64,000 nt of DNA from Coraliomargarita sp. (GTDB lineage: Bacteria; Verrucomicrobiota; Verrucomicrobiia; Opitutales; Coraliomargaritaceae), in the NCBI GenBank assembly GCA_965656715.1, contig CBFHLR010000012.1:3551-67550 (forward strand), read 5' to 3'. Shown one piece after another: positions 1-9,720 of the stretch. The notes beneath the pieces are model-generated. The model searched no databases, was not told the DNA's origin, and saw only the letters and a program-made list of their open reading frames with translations. The position numbers and the translations under genes were made by a program. The stretch's first letter is position 1. Every line of letters starts with the position of its first letter.

Positions 1-75
1 TGCCTCCTTGCCATCTGCCTATTGGCGGGAGCTCAACTTATTGACTAGAGCGGGCACTGCGGTGGCGGCTGTTGA

Positions 76-168
76 TTCGTTGTTTTTTAACCGCACCCGA
101 GGAACAAAATGACGACATGACCGGATGTATCGTAGACCGGACCAATGAACGCTAGTTTGCGCTAATCG
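76..168 (+). repeat. Copy of dispersed ~90-nt intergenic element (family C; core GACGACATGACCGG-N11-ACCGGACCAA)
   Basis: TTCGTTGTT...CCGAGGA...GACGACATGACCGG...ACCGGACCAAT...GCTA..GC matches the copies at 30089-30141 and (reverse strand) 44508-44681. It lies 28 nt after an open frame that ends at TAG 46-48. Confidence 0.6.
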
Positions 169-521
169 TGTGTGGGGGCTGCTCATGCGTAGGGGTTGAT
201 GTGGGAGGTAGGCAGCGTGGAAGGATAGCTCAGGCGTGGTTTTTACAACCGTTACCCACTTAGCTTCAGCAACTCAGGGCAGGTCGCTGGAGGGGGGGGA
301 GTTGAGGAAGGCGGTGCTTCCTAGGGTTCCGGCTCTTTGCATTTAGCCTGGGCTTGTATGATTCCTATTAGGGGCCTTTCGGCCTTTGGATGAACAAGCT
401 TTGTTCACAGTTGAAGGGCTTCCATCAATCTGGCTCATGCTTGGATCAAATAGTTTTTCTGTGGGGGCTTGCTTGTCGGCTTGCATCTGTGGGGCAAACG
501 GGCAGTTTCCTACGTTTTCTT

Positions 522-1163
522 ATGAGCGACGCACAAAGCACTTCGGCAAAACCTCGACTAGCTGTCATCGACTACGGCATGGGCAATCTGCGCTCGGTCG
601 TGCGGGCGTGGGAGCATGAGGGCGCCGATGCGCAATTGGTGACGAGCCCGGATCAACTGGCGGGCGCGGATGCGGTCGTCTTCCCTGGGCAGGGCGCGAT
701 CGTCGACACCATGCAGCTGCTGCAGCAGACGGGTTTTGACACTGCGATCCGTGATTGGGTGGCGGCGGACAAGCCGTTCTTTGGTATTTGCCTCGGGCTG
801 CAGGCGCTGTTCGAGCACTCGGAAGAGGGTGACTGCGCGGGCCTCGGCATTTTCAAAGGCGAGGTGAAGCGCTTCCAGATCGATCCGTCGCTGAAGATCC
901 CGCATATGGGCTGGAATACGGTGGAGTTCGCAGAGGACGCGCCGTTGACCGAGGGCCTAGTGAGCGGAGAAGACCAATTTTATTTCGTCCACAGCTACCA
1001 CATCGAACCACAGGACTCGACGCTGAGTTGGTTTGAGACGGATTACGGCAAACGCTTCGTGTCGGGCATTCGCTCGGGCAATTGTTATGCGACTCAGTTC
1101 CACCCGGAAAAAAGTCAGGCAAAAGGATTGCAACTTTACTCGAACTTTCTGAAATCCCTCTGA
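522..1163 (+). CDS. hisH: Imidazole glycerol phosphate synthase, glutamine amidotransferase subunit HisH
   Basis: ORF 390..1163. Class-I GATase/HisH motifs [27 protein letters not shown] and FHPEKS are present. The start was moved to ATG 522 (MSDAQ...) because the 44 upstream codons have no HisH-like content. Confidence 0.9.
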   Translation: MSDAQSTSAKPRLAVIDYGMGNLRSVVRAWEHEGADAQLVTSPDQLAGADAVVFPGQGAIVDTMQLLQQTGFDTAIRDWVAADKPFFGICLGLQALFEHSEEGDCAGLGIFKGEVKRFQIDPSLKIPHMGWNTVEFAEDAPLTEGLVSGEDQFYFVHSYHIEPQDSTLSWFETDYGKRFVSGIRSGNCYATQFHPEKSQAKGLQLYSNFLKSL

Positions 1164-1175
1164 CCTTCTCGACTG

Positions 1176-2528
1176 TTGAATAACAACGAGATGCAACTTA
1201 TAGACCCTATTAGGGAAACTACTACCAAGACTACCATGGAGGACCAAACGGCCACACTTCGACTCGGCGATGCAAACTACGAGTTCCCAATCATTGAGGG
1301 AACCGAGGGCGAACTTGCGTTGGATACACGCACGCTTCGCTCCAAGAGCGGCTACATCGCGTTTGATGAGGGTTATGGTAATACCGGCTCATGCTTGAGC
1401 GATATTACTTTCATTAATGGTGAGGAAGGCATCTTGCGCCACCGCGGTTATCCAATGGAGCAACTGGCGGAGCATTCCGGTTTCCTCGAGACCTCTTATT
1501 TGGTCATTTACGGTGAGCTGCCAACTCAGGAGCAGCTGACTCAGTTCAAAGCTCGTGTGAAGGGCCGCGCGCAGATCCACACGGGCATGCACCACCACTT
1601 TGAGGGCTTCCCCACCGATGCGCACCCGATGGCGATCTTGTCCTCGATGCTCAACTCTTTGGGCGCCTACTATCCGGAGATGTCTTCGAATGACCGTGAG
1701 CAAGACCTTGCGCTGTTCGATCAGACTGCAGCGATCTTGCTCTCCAAGGTGCGCACGATTGCAGCAATGACCTACCGCATGAAGACGGGGCATCCTTTCA
1801 TTTATCCGGATAACAAGCGCAAGTACACGGAGAACTTCCTGCACATGATGTTCTCTGAGCCCTATGAGGAGTATGTCGATGACTGTGGTGCAGCTCAAGC
1901 GCTGGATCTCTTCCTAACCCTCCACGCGGACCACGAACAAAACTGTTCCACTTCGACGGTGCGTATGGTGGCATCCGGCGGTGCGAATCTCTTTGCTTCG
2001 GTGGCTGCCGGTGTCTGTGCGCTTTGGGGCCCATCCCACGGTGGTGCGAACATGGCCGTGATCAAGATGCTTGAAGACATCCACGCGTCCGGCGACGACG
2101 GCACACGCTTCATCGAAGCTGCGAAGAATCGCGAAGCGAAGCTCATGGGCTTCGGACACCGCGTGTATAAGAATTACGACCCACGTGCGAAGGTGCTTGG
2201 TAAGAGTGCTGAGGCATTGCTCGAGCGTATCGGTATCGACGATCCATTGCTCGACATCGCGAAGCGCCTAGAAAAGGCCGCGTTGGAGGACGACTTCTTC
2301 ATTAGCCGTAACCTTTACCCGAATGTCGACTTCTACAGTGGCATCATCCTGAAGGCGATCGGCATTCCAGTTGAGATGTTCACGGTGATGTTTGCCATCG
2401 GCCGTATGCCTGGCTGGATCGCGAACTGGAAGGAAATCGCAGAGAATTCTGCGAGCCGCATTCACCGCCCACGTCAAATCTACACCGGCGCGGCACAACG
2501 CGACTACGTCAAGATTGGCGATCGCTAA
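1176..2528 (+). CDS. gltA: Citrate synthase (type II)
   Basis: 450-aa ORF with citrate synthase signatures ([37 protein letters not shown]). The true start may be the internal ATG at 1236 (MEDQTATL...). Confidence 0.93.
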   Translation: MNNNEMQLIDPIRETTTKTTMEDQTATLRLGDANYEFPIIEGTEGELALDTRTLRSKSGYIAFDEGYGNTGSCLSDITFINGEEGILRHRGYPMEQLAEHSGFLETSYLVIYGELPTQEQLTQFKARVKGRAQIHTGMHHHFEGFPTDAHPMAILSSMLNSLGAYYPEMSSNDREQDLALFDQTAAILLSKVRTIAAMTYRMKTGHPFIYPDNKRKYTENFLHMMFSEPYEEYVDDCGAAQALDLFLTLHADHEQNCSTSTVRMVASGGANLFASVAAGVCALWGPSHGGANMAVIKMLEDIHASGDDGTRFIEAAKNREAKLMGFGHRVYKNYDPRAKVLGKSAEALLERIGIDDPLLDIAKRLEKAALEDDFFISRNLYPNVDFYSGIILKAIGIPVEMFTVMFAIGRMPGWIANWKEIAENSASRIHRPRQIYTGAAQRDYVKIGDR

Positions 2529-3442
2529 TGCGATTGAATTTAGATAGATTGATCACACTTATCGCGGGGGCGGCTCTTTGGGGAGCCGCCTTCGTTGTCA
2601 ACGCATCGGCGGAAGCCGAAAAGCCAACGCCGTTGGAGATACTGGCGCCGGAAGATGTGATCGACGATTACCATCGTTTCATTAGCACGCGGGACCCGCT
2701 GAAGATTGAAGATTACTCGGGGCCGCATTCGCGGCGCGATGTGGTGGAGTTGGTGTTAGTCCAGCAGGCCCTGAGCTTGGGAGGCAATGAGCGTCCGGTG
2801 AAATGGGTGCCGTGTCGTTTGTATAAGGCGGTGTTTAGTGACTTGAAGCAAGGCAGTCATGTGCTGTGTGGAACGTCGGTTTGGGAGCGTGATGTCGCGG
2901 CAGCAAAGCAACTGTTTGCTAGTAATGTGCTTCTAGGAGACAATCAGTTTGTCATTGGTTTTTATTCGACGCCGAACAATCGCAAGGCTTTGCAGGCGAG
3001 CAATCTCGCAGACTTGCGCGCGCTGACTGCGGTTTCGAATCGTCATTGGCGCCCGGACTGGGAGACGCTTCAGGGGCTGGGTTTTAAAGAGATGCGTGAT
3101 GCGCGCAGTTGGGAGACGATTGTGCGTATCTTGGCGAGTGGGCGGGCCGATTTTACGCTGGCCCCGTTTAATGCGTCGGAGGGAATGCGTATTGAGCATG
3201 GCGAGTGCACCTTGTTGCCGATCCCGAATTTGAAGGCCTCGCTGCCCGGGCGACGTGTGTGGGCGGTGTCGAAAACGCATCCGGAGGGCACTGAGGTGTT
3301 TGAACAGTTGCAGGCCGGATTGGCGAAGTTGCGTGCAGACGGGCGCGTAGAACGGGCCTACAGGCAGTGCGGATTCCTGAACGAAACCGTGGCAGACTGG
3401 CAGTTGCTGGTGCCGGAAGAGTCAGTGGCCGGGGGCCTGTAG
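2528..3442 (+). CDS. Secreted protein, possibly a periplasmic substrate-binding (family 3)-like fold
   Basis: 304-aa ORF with an N-terminal signal-like hydrophobic segment. Its start overlaps the gltA stop (TAATG). The ...[13 protein letters not shown]... segment resembles the hinge region of solute-binding proteins. The function is not established. Confidence 0.55.
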   Translation: MRLNLDRLITLIAGAALWGAAFVVNASAEAEKPTPLEILAPEDVIDDYHRFISTRDPLKIEDYSGPHSRRDVVELVLVQQALSLGGNERPVKWVPCRLYKAVFSDLKQGSHVLCGTSVWERDVAAAKQLFASNVLLGDNQFVIGFYSTPNNRKALQASNLADLRALTAVSNRHWRPDWETLQGLGFKEMRDARSWETIVRILASGRADFTLAPFNASEGMRIEHGECTLLPIPNLKASLPGRRVWAVSKTHPEGTEVFEQLQAGLAKLRADGRVERAYRQCGFLNETVADWQLLVPEESVAGGL

Positions 3443-3454
3443 CATAGGCGTCTC

Positions 3455-3646
3455 GCCTGTGCCGCTGGTGACTGATGACACAGGCAAGATGCCTGTGCTA
3501 CGTGGTGTGGCCTTGAGGTAGCGCAGGCGCGTTTCGCGCCGCAGGAGCTGAGGCTCGGTTGGGCTGACAACGACGTGGTGTGCACCGAGGCGGTGCCGCT
3601 GGTGACTGAAATGGCACTGATAACCACCTCGGTCGGCAAGCCGACC
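3455..3646 (+). other. Structured 3' region: two hairpins with different stems but the same loop (GCTGGTGACTGA), plus alternative pairings
   Basis: Hairpin 1 is GCCTGTG(3455-3461)/CACAGGC(3479-3485). Hairpin 2 is GGTGCC(3592-3597)/GGCACT(3613-3618). The 17-mer GTGCCGCTGGTGACTGA is shared. CACAGGCA(3479-3486) can alternatively pair with TGCCTGTG(3490-3497). Confidence 0.35.
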
Positions 3647-3647
3647 A

Positions 3648-3677
3648 CTCCTCCTTGAAAAGGAGGAGAGTTTTTTT
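3648..3677 (+). terminator. Rho-independent terminator
   Basis: CTCCTCCT / AGGAGGAG 8-bp stem with a TGAAA loop, followed by T7 (3671-3677). Confidence 0.7.
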
Positions 3678-3795
3678 GAGCTCCTCTCCTTGCAGTTCGA
3701 CAGGCTCACTGCCCTGAGCTTGCCGAAGGGCCAGCTGGGAGTGGTATTTCATGAATTGGTATAAATCCGTCTAAAGGCGGGACCCCAGCCTACCG

Positions 3796-4362
3796 CTATG
3801 CTTTGCGGGCGAGCCAGAGGATTGGCGGCACGCGGTCGCCTTTGATGATGGGCTCGTGGCTCTCGACCTGCCAGTTGTATTCGCGCAGTGAATACATCCA
3901 CTTTGCGACGGCATCCGCTTCGGCTTGGCCGCCGTCGTGGCCACGGTAGGCGGTGACGAGCAGCAGGCCGTTTTGTTGGAGCAGCTTCGCGCTGGCTTCG
4001 AGCGCAGGGAGGGTGCTTTGCTCGCAGGTCTGGATGGCTTTGTCGCTGCCGGGAAGATAACCGAGGTTGAAGGTGATGGCGCTCGCCTGTGCCGTGTAGC
4101 TTTCGCTGAGTTGTTTCAACACGGCTGCATGGTCGCCGCAGTGCAGCTCGCTGCGATCCGCGAGCTTGGCGGTCTCCAGGCGCTGGCGTGTCGAGTCGAT
4201 CGCGGCTTGCTGTAGGTCGATGGCGATGACTTTGCCCGTTTGGCCCACTCGCTCGGCGAGCTTGGCCGTGTCGTAGCCGTTGCCTGCGGTGGCATCGATC
4301 GTAAGGTCGCCTTCGTGGACCTGTGCATCGAGTTGTTGGTGTGCGAGTTCAGTGAGGCGCAT
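3796..4362 (-). CDS. Class I SAM-dependent methyltransferase (YtqB-like putative RNA methylase family)
   Basis: 188-aa ORF. The motif TIDATAGNGYDT is typical of the small putative rRNA/tRNA methylase family. A VIAIDLQ motif-II-like segment is also present. Confidence 0.75.
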   Translation of the reverse strand: MRLTELAHQQLDAQVHEGDLTIDATAGNGYDTAKLAERVGQTGKVIAIDLQQAAIDSTRQRLETAKLADRSELHCGDHAAVLKQLSESYTAQASAITFNLGYLPGSDKAIQTCEQSTLPALEASAKLLQQNGLLLVTAYRGHDGGQAEADAVAKWMYSLREYNWQVESHEPIIKGDRVPPILWLARKA

Positions 4363-4494
4363 TTGGGGGCCGCGATGCGGCAGGGTGTTAGTTGTTAGGT
4401 TGTTAGTTGTTAGGAACGCTGCCTCGCGCGAGCAAGGGGGATGCGCTGCAGTTCTTAATCTGACTCCTACTCTTAATCATAATCTCTTTGAGAC

Positions 4495-5562
4495 TTATCT
4501 AAATCGGCTGATGTGAATCTCTTCGTCGAGCTCGGTGCCATTGAGGAGGTGATCGACGAGCAGGCGGCTCATTTCGGGTGCGAGTGAGGCGCCCTTGGAG
4601 CCGAGGCCGTTGAAGATGTGGAGCTGTGGCTTGTCGTGGTGGCTGCCGAGGAAGGGGCGCACATCGGCTGAGCTTGGGCGCAGGCCAGCGAGGTGTTGCA
4701 CGATTTCAACCTCGTGTTCCCTGCTGATGAAGCTGTAGAGGCCGTCGAGTAGTTGTGCTTTGCCGTCGTCCGTTGGCTCGCAGGACAGGTCGTCGACTTC
4801 GTAGGTGGCGCCAAGGCGAATGGTTTGATCGCCGTAGGGGAGGATCCACTTCTGGTGGTGATAGATCGCTTTGGGCAGCTCGAGGCTCGGGCACTTGACG
4901 ATGAGCGTCTCGCCTTTAATCGGTGCGAGTGGCAGCCAGTTGAACCACGGGTTGTTGCGTAGGTTGGCGCCTTCGCAGAAAATCACCTTGTCTGCTTGGA
5001 TGGCTTCATAGTTCCAGCCCTGTTTGCCCTGCATGAGCGTCGAGTAGTGGAAGCTGCTGTCGTCGAGTTTGCCTTGCTTGGTAAAGTGGGTGCGTAGGGT
5101 CTCCAATAGTAAGGGGAGGTCGACATAGGCAGCGCCGAGAATGTCAAAGTGTCCGTGGGTGTCTTTGATTGGGGCAGGGCCTGTGCCGACTTCATGAAAC
5201 TCGCCCAGCACATCCTTGTAGCGTGGGTTACGCATGCGGCGGCCGATGCGTTTGACGTCTTCGTCGTTCTGGCAGTAGCGGTGTAGGGGTATCTTGTGGT
5301 AGAGTTCGACGTCGAATTGCTCTTCGATTGCGCGGTAGCAGCGCTCTGCTTCGGGGCCAAGGGTATCAAACTCCCAACTTTTGACGGCCCAGCGACCGGT
5401 CACTGGATTGATGACTCCGGCGGCGACAGCCGAGGCACTTGGGGCTGCACAGTCGCCGATCAGGTGCACGGACTGGCCAGCTTGTTCCAAACGCCATGCA
5501 AGTAGGCAGCCTGCAAGTCCGGCGCCGACGATGAGGTAGTTAGTTGTGGGTTGCGGGTTGAT
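4495..5562 (-). CDS. FAD-dependent oxidoreductase (DAO family). The N-terminus is extended beyond the tracked ORF and probably uses a non-canonical start.
   Basis: The tracked ORF 4495..5490 starts at TTG, but the in-frame upstream codons read INPQPTTNYLIVGAGLAGCLLAWR, a classic GxGxxG dinucleotide-binding beta-alpha-beta motif. The frame is open up to the stop at 5581-5583 and contains no ATG/GTG/TTG. ATC at 5562-5560 is the best candidate start. Confidence 0.7.
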   Translation of the reverse strand: MNPQPTTNYLIVGAGLAGCLLAWRLEQAGQSVHLIGDCAAPSASAVAAGVINPVTGRWAVKSWEFDTLGPEAERCYRAIEEQFDVELYHKIPLHRYCQNDEDVKRIGRRMRNPRYKDVLGEFHEVGTGPAPIKDTHGHFDILGAAYVDLPLLLETLRTHFTKQGKLDDSSFHYSTLMQGKQGWNYEAIQADKVIFCEGANLRNNPWFNWLPLAPIKGETLIVKCPSLELPKAIYHHQKWILPYGDQTIRLGATYEVDDLSCEPTDDGKAQLLDGLYSFISREHEVEIVQHLAGLRPSSADVRPFLGSHHDKPQLHIFNGLGSKGASLAPEMSRLLVDHLLNGTELDEEIHISRFR

Positions 5563-5624
5563 AGTTGCTAGATTGTTGAGTTAAGTGCTGGCGAACAACC
5601 TTCAACTTTCAACTAGCCGGCCCC

Positions 5625-6080
5625 GTGAATGTTTTTCATCGAATTTGTGAGAAGTTTTTCAGCAAGGAGCTGATCGTGCCTGGGCCGGAGGGCACTCGCG
5701 CGGAGCGTGGGCGCTATGGTGAAGACTTGGCGGCGCAGTATTGCCGCAAGACGCTTGGGTATCGGGTAATCGCTCGCAACTGGCGCTCTGGGCGGGATGA
5801 GGTCGATTTGATCTGCTGCGATGCCGAGGTCTTAGTCTTCATTGAAGTGCGTGCTCGCAGTGAGTCGGCACTGGTTTCGGGCTTTGATTCGGTGGATGCC
5901 AAAAAGAAGAAGATCCTCCGGCGTGCCTGTAAGGCCTACCTCAAGCAGCTATCGCACCCGCCGAAACACTTGCGTTTTGATGTGATCGGGGTTGTCTTGC
6001 GCGATAACGAGCCGGGAGAAGTCCGGCACTACCAAAACATAGCACTTTTTCCAAAACACTACTCAGCCTCGCGGCGATAG
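5625..6080 (+). CDS. YraN family endonuclease-like protein (UPF0102)
   Basis: GEDLAAQYCRKTLGYRVIARNWRSGRDEVDLICCD...VFIEVRARS matches the YraN signature. The real start may lie downstream of GTG 5625. Confidence 0.75.
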   Translation: MNVFHRICEKFFSKELIVPGPEGTRAERGRYGEDLAAQYCRKTLGYRVIARNWRSGRDEVDLICCDAEVLVFIEVRARSESALVSGFDSVDAKKKKILRRACKAYLKQLSHPPKHLRFDVIGVVLRDNEPGEVRHYQNIALFPKHYSASRR

Positions 6081-6082
6081 TT

Positions 6083-7636
6083 ATGACTGACCAAATCGAC
6101 GAATCCAGACACCCCTTTTTGAAGGGACTGAGCAAGCACCGTGGTGCGGTGCCCACCGTGATGGTGATCTTTGGCGCTTCCGGTGACCTCTGTGCCCGCA
6201 AGCTTGTGCCAGCGATCTTTAACCTCGGAGTGGATAACCTGTTGCCAGGGGACTTCCATCTGATCGGTTTCGGCCGCAAGCCGATCGAAGACGATGCGTT
6301 TCGCACGCTGATGGATGACGCGATCGGCGAGTTTTCGCGTCGCCCGCTGAATAAGGAGATCTGGGAGCGCGTGCGTGCGAACATGACTTACCATTCCGGT
6401 GGCTATGATGATGCAGCGACGTTCGTCGAGTTGGCGAAGCAGATCGATGCCATTGAGGCGAGCCTCGGTCGTGAGGTGCAGCGTCTGTTCTATATTTCGA
6501 CACCACCGAGTGTGTTTGAGCCGATCATTGCGAATCTTGGTAGCAGCGGTATGGCGACTGCACATGTGGGCACCAAGCTCGCCTCGAAGGTGATTATCGA
6601 AAAGCCTTTTGGTCGCGACCTTGAGTCGGCGCGTCAGCTGAATGCATCGATCAATAGCGTATTTGAAGAATCGCAGGTGTATCGTATCGATCACTACCTC
6701 GGTAAGGAGACCGTGCAGGACTTGTTGGTGCAGCGTTTTGCGAACTCGATTTTCGAGCCGCTTTGGAATCGTGAATATGTCGACAACGTGCAAATTACCG
6801 TGGCGGAAAGCCTCGGTGTCGGCACACGCGGTGGCTACTACGATACCAGTGGTGCGCTGCGCGATATGATTCAGAACCACACCATGCAGCTGGTTGCGCT
6901 GACTGCGATGGAGCCACCCGTCTCGCTCGACCCGGAATCGATCCGCGACGAGAAGGTGAAGGTCTTGAAGGCCATCCAACCGCTAGAACTCAAGCCAGAG
7001 GGCGGCGACGTAATCCGTGGCCGCTATACCGGTGGTCTGGTCAATGGTGAGCCCGTGCCGGGCTATATGGAGGCCGAGGGCATCCCTGCGGATTCCAGCA
7101 CTGAGACCTATGCGGCGATGCGCCTTTCGATCAATAACTGGCGCTGGAAGGGTGTGCCGTTCTACATCCGTTCGGGTAAGCGCATGGCGCGCCGTGCGAG
7201 TGAGATTGCGATTCAGTTTAAGCGTCCGCCAGGCATTCTGTTCTCCGAAGGCAGCAAGTTTGACGTGGCACCCAATACCATGGTGATCCGTATTCAGCCG
7301 GACGAGGGGGTGACTTTGGTGATGAACTCTAAGGTGCCGGGGCTCGAAACCCGCACGCAACCGGTGAAGATGCACTTCCGTTATTCGACGACCTTTGGCT
7401 CCAACACGCCGGAAGCCTATGAGCGCCTGATCCTCGATGCGATGATCGGCGATAGCACGCTGTTCATTCGTGGTGACGAGACAGAAGCGTCCTGGAAACT
7501 GGTGACGCCGATTCTGGAATACTGGAAGGAATGTGGCGCGCAAGGACTCGAAGAGTATGCTGCGGGTTCGTGGGGTCCACTCGCGAGCGAGCACTTGCTC
7601 TGGGAGAAGGGACACCAGTGGCGCAAGTCGGGGTAA
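6083..7636 (+). CDS. zwf: Glucose-6-phosphate dehydrogenase
   Basis: 517-aa ORF with the NADP-binding motif VIFGASGDLCARKL and the active-site motif RIDHYLGKE. Confidence 0.95.
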   Translation: MTDQIDESRHPFLKGLSKHRGAVPTVMVIFGASGDLCARKLVPAIFNLGVDNLLPGDFHLIGFGRKPIEDDAFRTLMDDAIGEFSRRPLNKEIWERVRANMTYHSGGYDDAATFVELAKQIDAIEASLGREVQRLFYISTPPSVFEPIIANLGSSGMATAHVGTKLASKVIIEKPFGRDLESARQLNASINSVFEESQVYRIDHYLGKETVQDLLVQRFANSIFEPLWNREYVDNVQITVAESLGVGTRGGYYDTSGALRDMIQNHTMQLVALTAMEPPVSLDPESIRDEKVKVLKAIQPLELKPEGGDVIRGRYTGGLVNGEPVPGYMEAEGIPADSSTETYAAMRLSINNWRWKGVPFYIRSGKRMARRASEIAIQFKRPPGILFSEGSKFDVAPNTMVIRIQPDEGVTLVMNSKVPGLETRTQPVKMHFRYSTTFGSNTPEAYERLILDAMIGDSTLFIRGDETEASWKLVTPILEYWKECGAQGLEEYAAGSWGPLASEHLLWEKGHQWRKSG

Positions 7637-7696
7637 GTCGAGACCTGAGACTTGAAGGCTGAAATTTGAAACTGGAATTCGGAAAGAATTGAAAGA

Positions 7697-8680
7697 ATGG
7701 CTGAATTAATAGATGTGCTTCCCGGTGTAGAGCTTCCGGTGCAGGAAGTGACCAAGCGTCTCGACACAATGTGGGAGGGCGATGCGACGCCACAGTCGCC
7801 GTCGGAGTTTCGCGCATCACAAATGAATGTGGTGCTGCACTTCGGTTTGGATGTGACTCCTGAGGAGGCCAAGGAGCGCTTCGACGCAGTGATCGCTTTT
7901 GCGCAACGCTACCCGAGTCGAATCATTGTGTTGTGCCCAACACGTGAAGACGATTGTGGCATGACCGCCAAGCTCTTTAGCCAGTGCTATATTGGTGAAA
8001 CGCATCGCGAGATGTGCTGCTGTGAAGCTTTGTTGCTGCGCTATAAATCCGAAGACTTTGGTTATTTGGCCAATCAGGTTTCGATCTGGCTGGAGGGTGA
8101 CTTGCCGACCTACCACTGGTTGAGCGGTGTGCCTGCCTCACGTATTGAGACTTACTACGATAATTTGTTGGCTGGAGTGCGTCGCATTGTGTTCGACAGC
8201 AGCGCAGAGACTGAGGATTTGATGCAGCTGGATTGGCCGCATCGAGAGCGCGTGCACGATCTGGCAGCTGCTCGCTTGTTGCCTGTGCGCCAGTCGCTCG
8301 GTCAGTTCCTGAGTGGCTATCCGATTCAGAGCCTCTGTGAGGGCTTGCAGTCGGTTTGTATTCGACATTGCGATACAATGTCGGGCGAGGCGCAGCGCTT
8401 GCTTGAGTGGATCAAGGGCTGCCTCTGCGATTGTGATAAGTGCGAAGATTGCTCGGCCTTAAGCTCGAAGTTTTCAATTCAACCCACCTGTGATTCGGAA
8501 GATGATCCGCTTATCGTTGAATGGACTTATAGTGATGGCCGCTATTTGAAGTGGCGCAAGTTGCACGAGGGATCACGCGGTGAGATCGAGGCGAACCTCG
8601 GCAAGGGCGTGGAGCGTATCCCAACGCGAATTAAGCCGCTTGAACCAGAGCATGCCTTGGCTGAGGCTCTGTTTTTCTGA
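7697..8680 (+). CDS. OpcA-like protein (putative G6PD assembly/effector protein)
   Basis: 327-aa ORF immediately downstream of zwf on the same strand. Its N-terminal pattern (...LDTMWEG...RASQMNVVLHFG...) resembles OpcA. The call rests on synteny plus weak similarity. Confidence 0.5.
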   Translation: MAELIDVLPGVELPVQEVTKRLDTMWEGDATPQSPSEFRASQMNVVLHFGLDVTPEEAKERFDAVIAFAQRYPSRIIVLCPTREDDCGMTAKLFSQCYIGETHREMCCCEALLLRYKSEDFGYLANQVSIWLEGDLPTYHWLSGVPASRIETYYDNLLAGVRRIVFDSSAETEDLMQLDWPHRERVHDLAAARLLPVRQSLGQFLSGYPIQSLCEGLQSVCIRHCDTMSGEAQRLLEWIKGCLCDCDKCEDCSALSSKFSIQPTCDSEDDPLIVEWTYSDGRYLKWRKLHEGSRGEIEANLGKGVERIPTRIKPLEPEHALAEALFF

Positions 8681-8702
8681 GGCCTGTCAGAACTTTAAAC
8701 GA

Positions 8703-8740
8703 GAAAGCCGTATCCTTTGTTTGGATACGGCTTTCTTGTT
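8703..8740. terminator. Bidirectional hairpin terminator between convergent genes
   Basis: GAAAGCCGTATCC / GGATACGGCTTTC, a perfect 13-bp stem with a 7-nt loop. The sequence is T-rich after it on the + strand and A-rich before it. Confidence 0.7.
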
Positions 8741-8754
8741 GGAGATGAAATTGT

Positions 8755-9339
8755 TTAGTTCAGATGTTTGTCGACCCAGAACTTGGTGCCTTTGACAGTC
8801 GCCTGTAGTGCGAGTCCAGTCTCGGTCATGCTATAAACTTTGACATCTCCCGTGTAGACTTCGCCATCGGCTGAACCGCCTTTCTCGTTGGCCTGCGCTG
8901 TGGCATCGGCATTTGCGCCAAAGGCCCAGCCAGATTCGATGAATTTATCGAGCGCATCTTGTGTCATGAAGAACATGGTGATGTTATAATCTTTGGCTCC
9001 AAGGCCGAACCCAACACCACCTTCGCCCATGTTCATATAGGTGATCTCTCCAGAGTTTTTGTCTTTTGCGAGTCCGTAACCGCCCCCTGCGGCAACAAAG
9101 AAAACGTTGAGGTTTGCACTCGAGAAGGTGGCGTAGCCTGCGCACTTGCGCATGTATTCTTTAGCCGCGGGATTGGCTTCGTAGAGTTTTTCGAGGGTCG
9201 CAGTGCTGGATTTACGGATCTCGGCACGCTTTTCGTCGTTGGTTCCTTTGCCCGTGCTCGCACAGCCGATTAGCGCTACGAGAAGGGTGGACAGAGTGAT
9301 GATTTTGAAGAGTGATGCTGTATCGTTGCGTGTTCTCAT
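8755..9339 (-). CDS. Lipoprotein, SYLF (DUF500/Ysc84-like) domain candidate
   Basis: 194-aa ORF with a lipobox-like LIGC after a hydrophobic N-terminus. It has the Gly-rich repeated pattern AAGGGYGLA...GEGGVGFGLGA typical of SYLF domains. Confidence 0.5.
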   Translation of the reverse strand: MRTRNDTASLFKIITLSTLLVALIGCASTGKGTNDEKRAEIRKSSTATLEKLYEANPAAKEYMRKCAGYATFSSANLNVFFVAAGGGYGLAKDKNSGEITYMNMGEGGVGFGLGAKDYNITMFFMTQDALDKFIESGWAFGANADATAQANEKGGSADGEVYTGDVKVYSMTETGLALQATVKGTKFWVDKHLN

Positions 9340-9436
9340 GGCAGAGGACTATCAATCTGTCTTTGGGCGATGTAAATGAGTTTCCCTAAGATGAGTTCTC
9401 GATTTCAAAAGATATCAATGCATCTACGAGGCCTTG

Positions 9437-9458
9437 ACTTGGTCAGACTTGACCAAGT
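9437..9458. promoter_or_regulatory. Perfect palindrome (ACTTGGTCA-GACT-TGACCAAGT): candidate TA operator overlapping -35-like TTGAC boxes
   Basis: 9-bp perfect arms, ending 25 nt upstream of the antitoxin ATG (9484). TTGACT (9434-9439) and TTGACC (9449-9454) are embedded in it. Confidence 0.45.
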
Positions 9459-9483
9459 TTAGGTTTGGTGTAGCTTAAGCCTT

Positions 9484-9720
9484 ATGAAACGGGTGAATAT
9501 TTACGAGGCGAAGACGCACTTGTCGCAGATTGTGACTCAGGTTGAGGAGACCGCGGAGGCCTATATTCTGTGCCGCAACGGCAAGCCAGTAGCCGATATT
9601 GTGCCGCATCAGTCGCGAGTGGGTGCAATCGAACCACTGGATGAATTGCGTGGAGCAGTCTTCGCTGATGATCCGTGTGCACCGCTTTCTGAAGAAGATT
9701 GGCCGGAGGCTTTGCGGTGA
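9484..9720 (+). CDS. Type II antitoxin, Phd/YefM family
   Basis: 78-aa ORF. The N-terminus MKRVNIYEAKTHLSQIV... is typical of Phd/YefM. Its stop overlaps the toxin start. Confidence 0.8.
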   Translation: MKRVNIYEAKTHLSQIVTQVEETAEAYILCRNGKPVADIVPHQSRVGAIEPLDELRGAVFADDPCAPLSEEDWPEALR

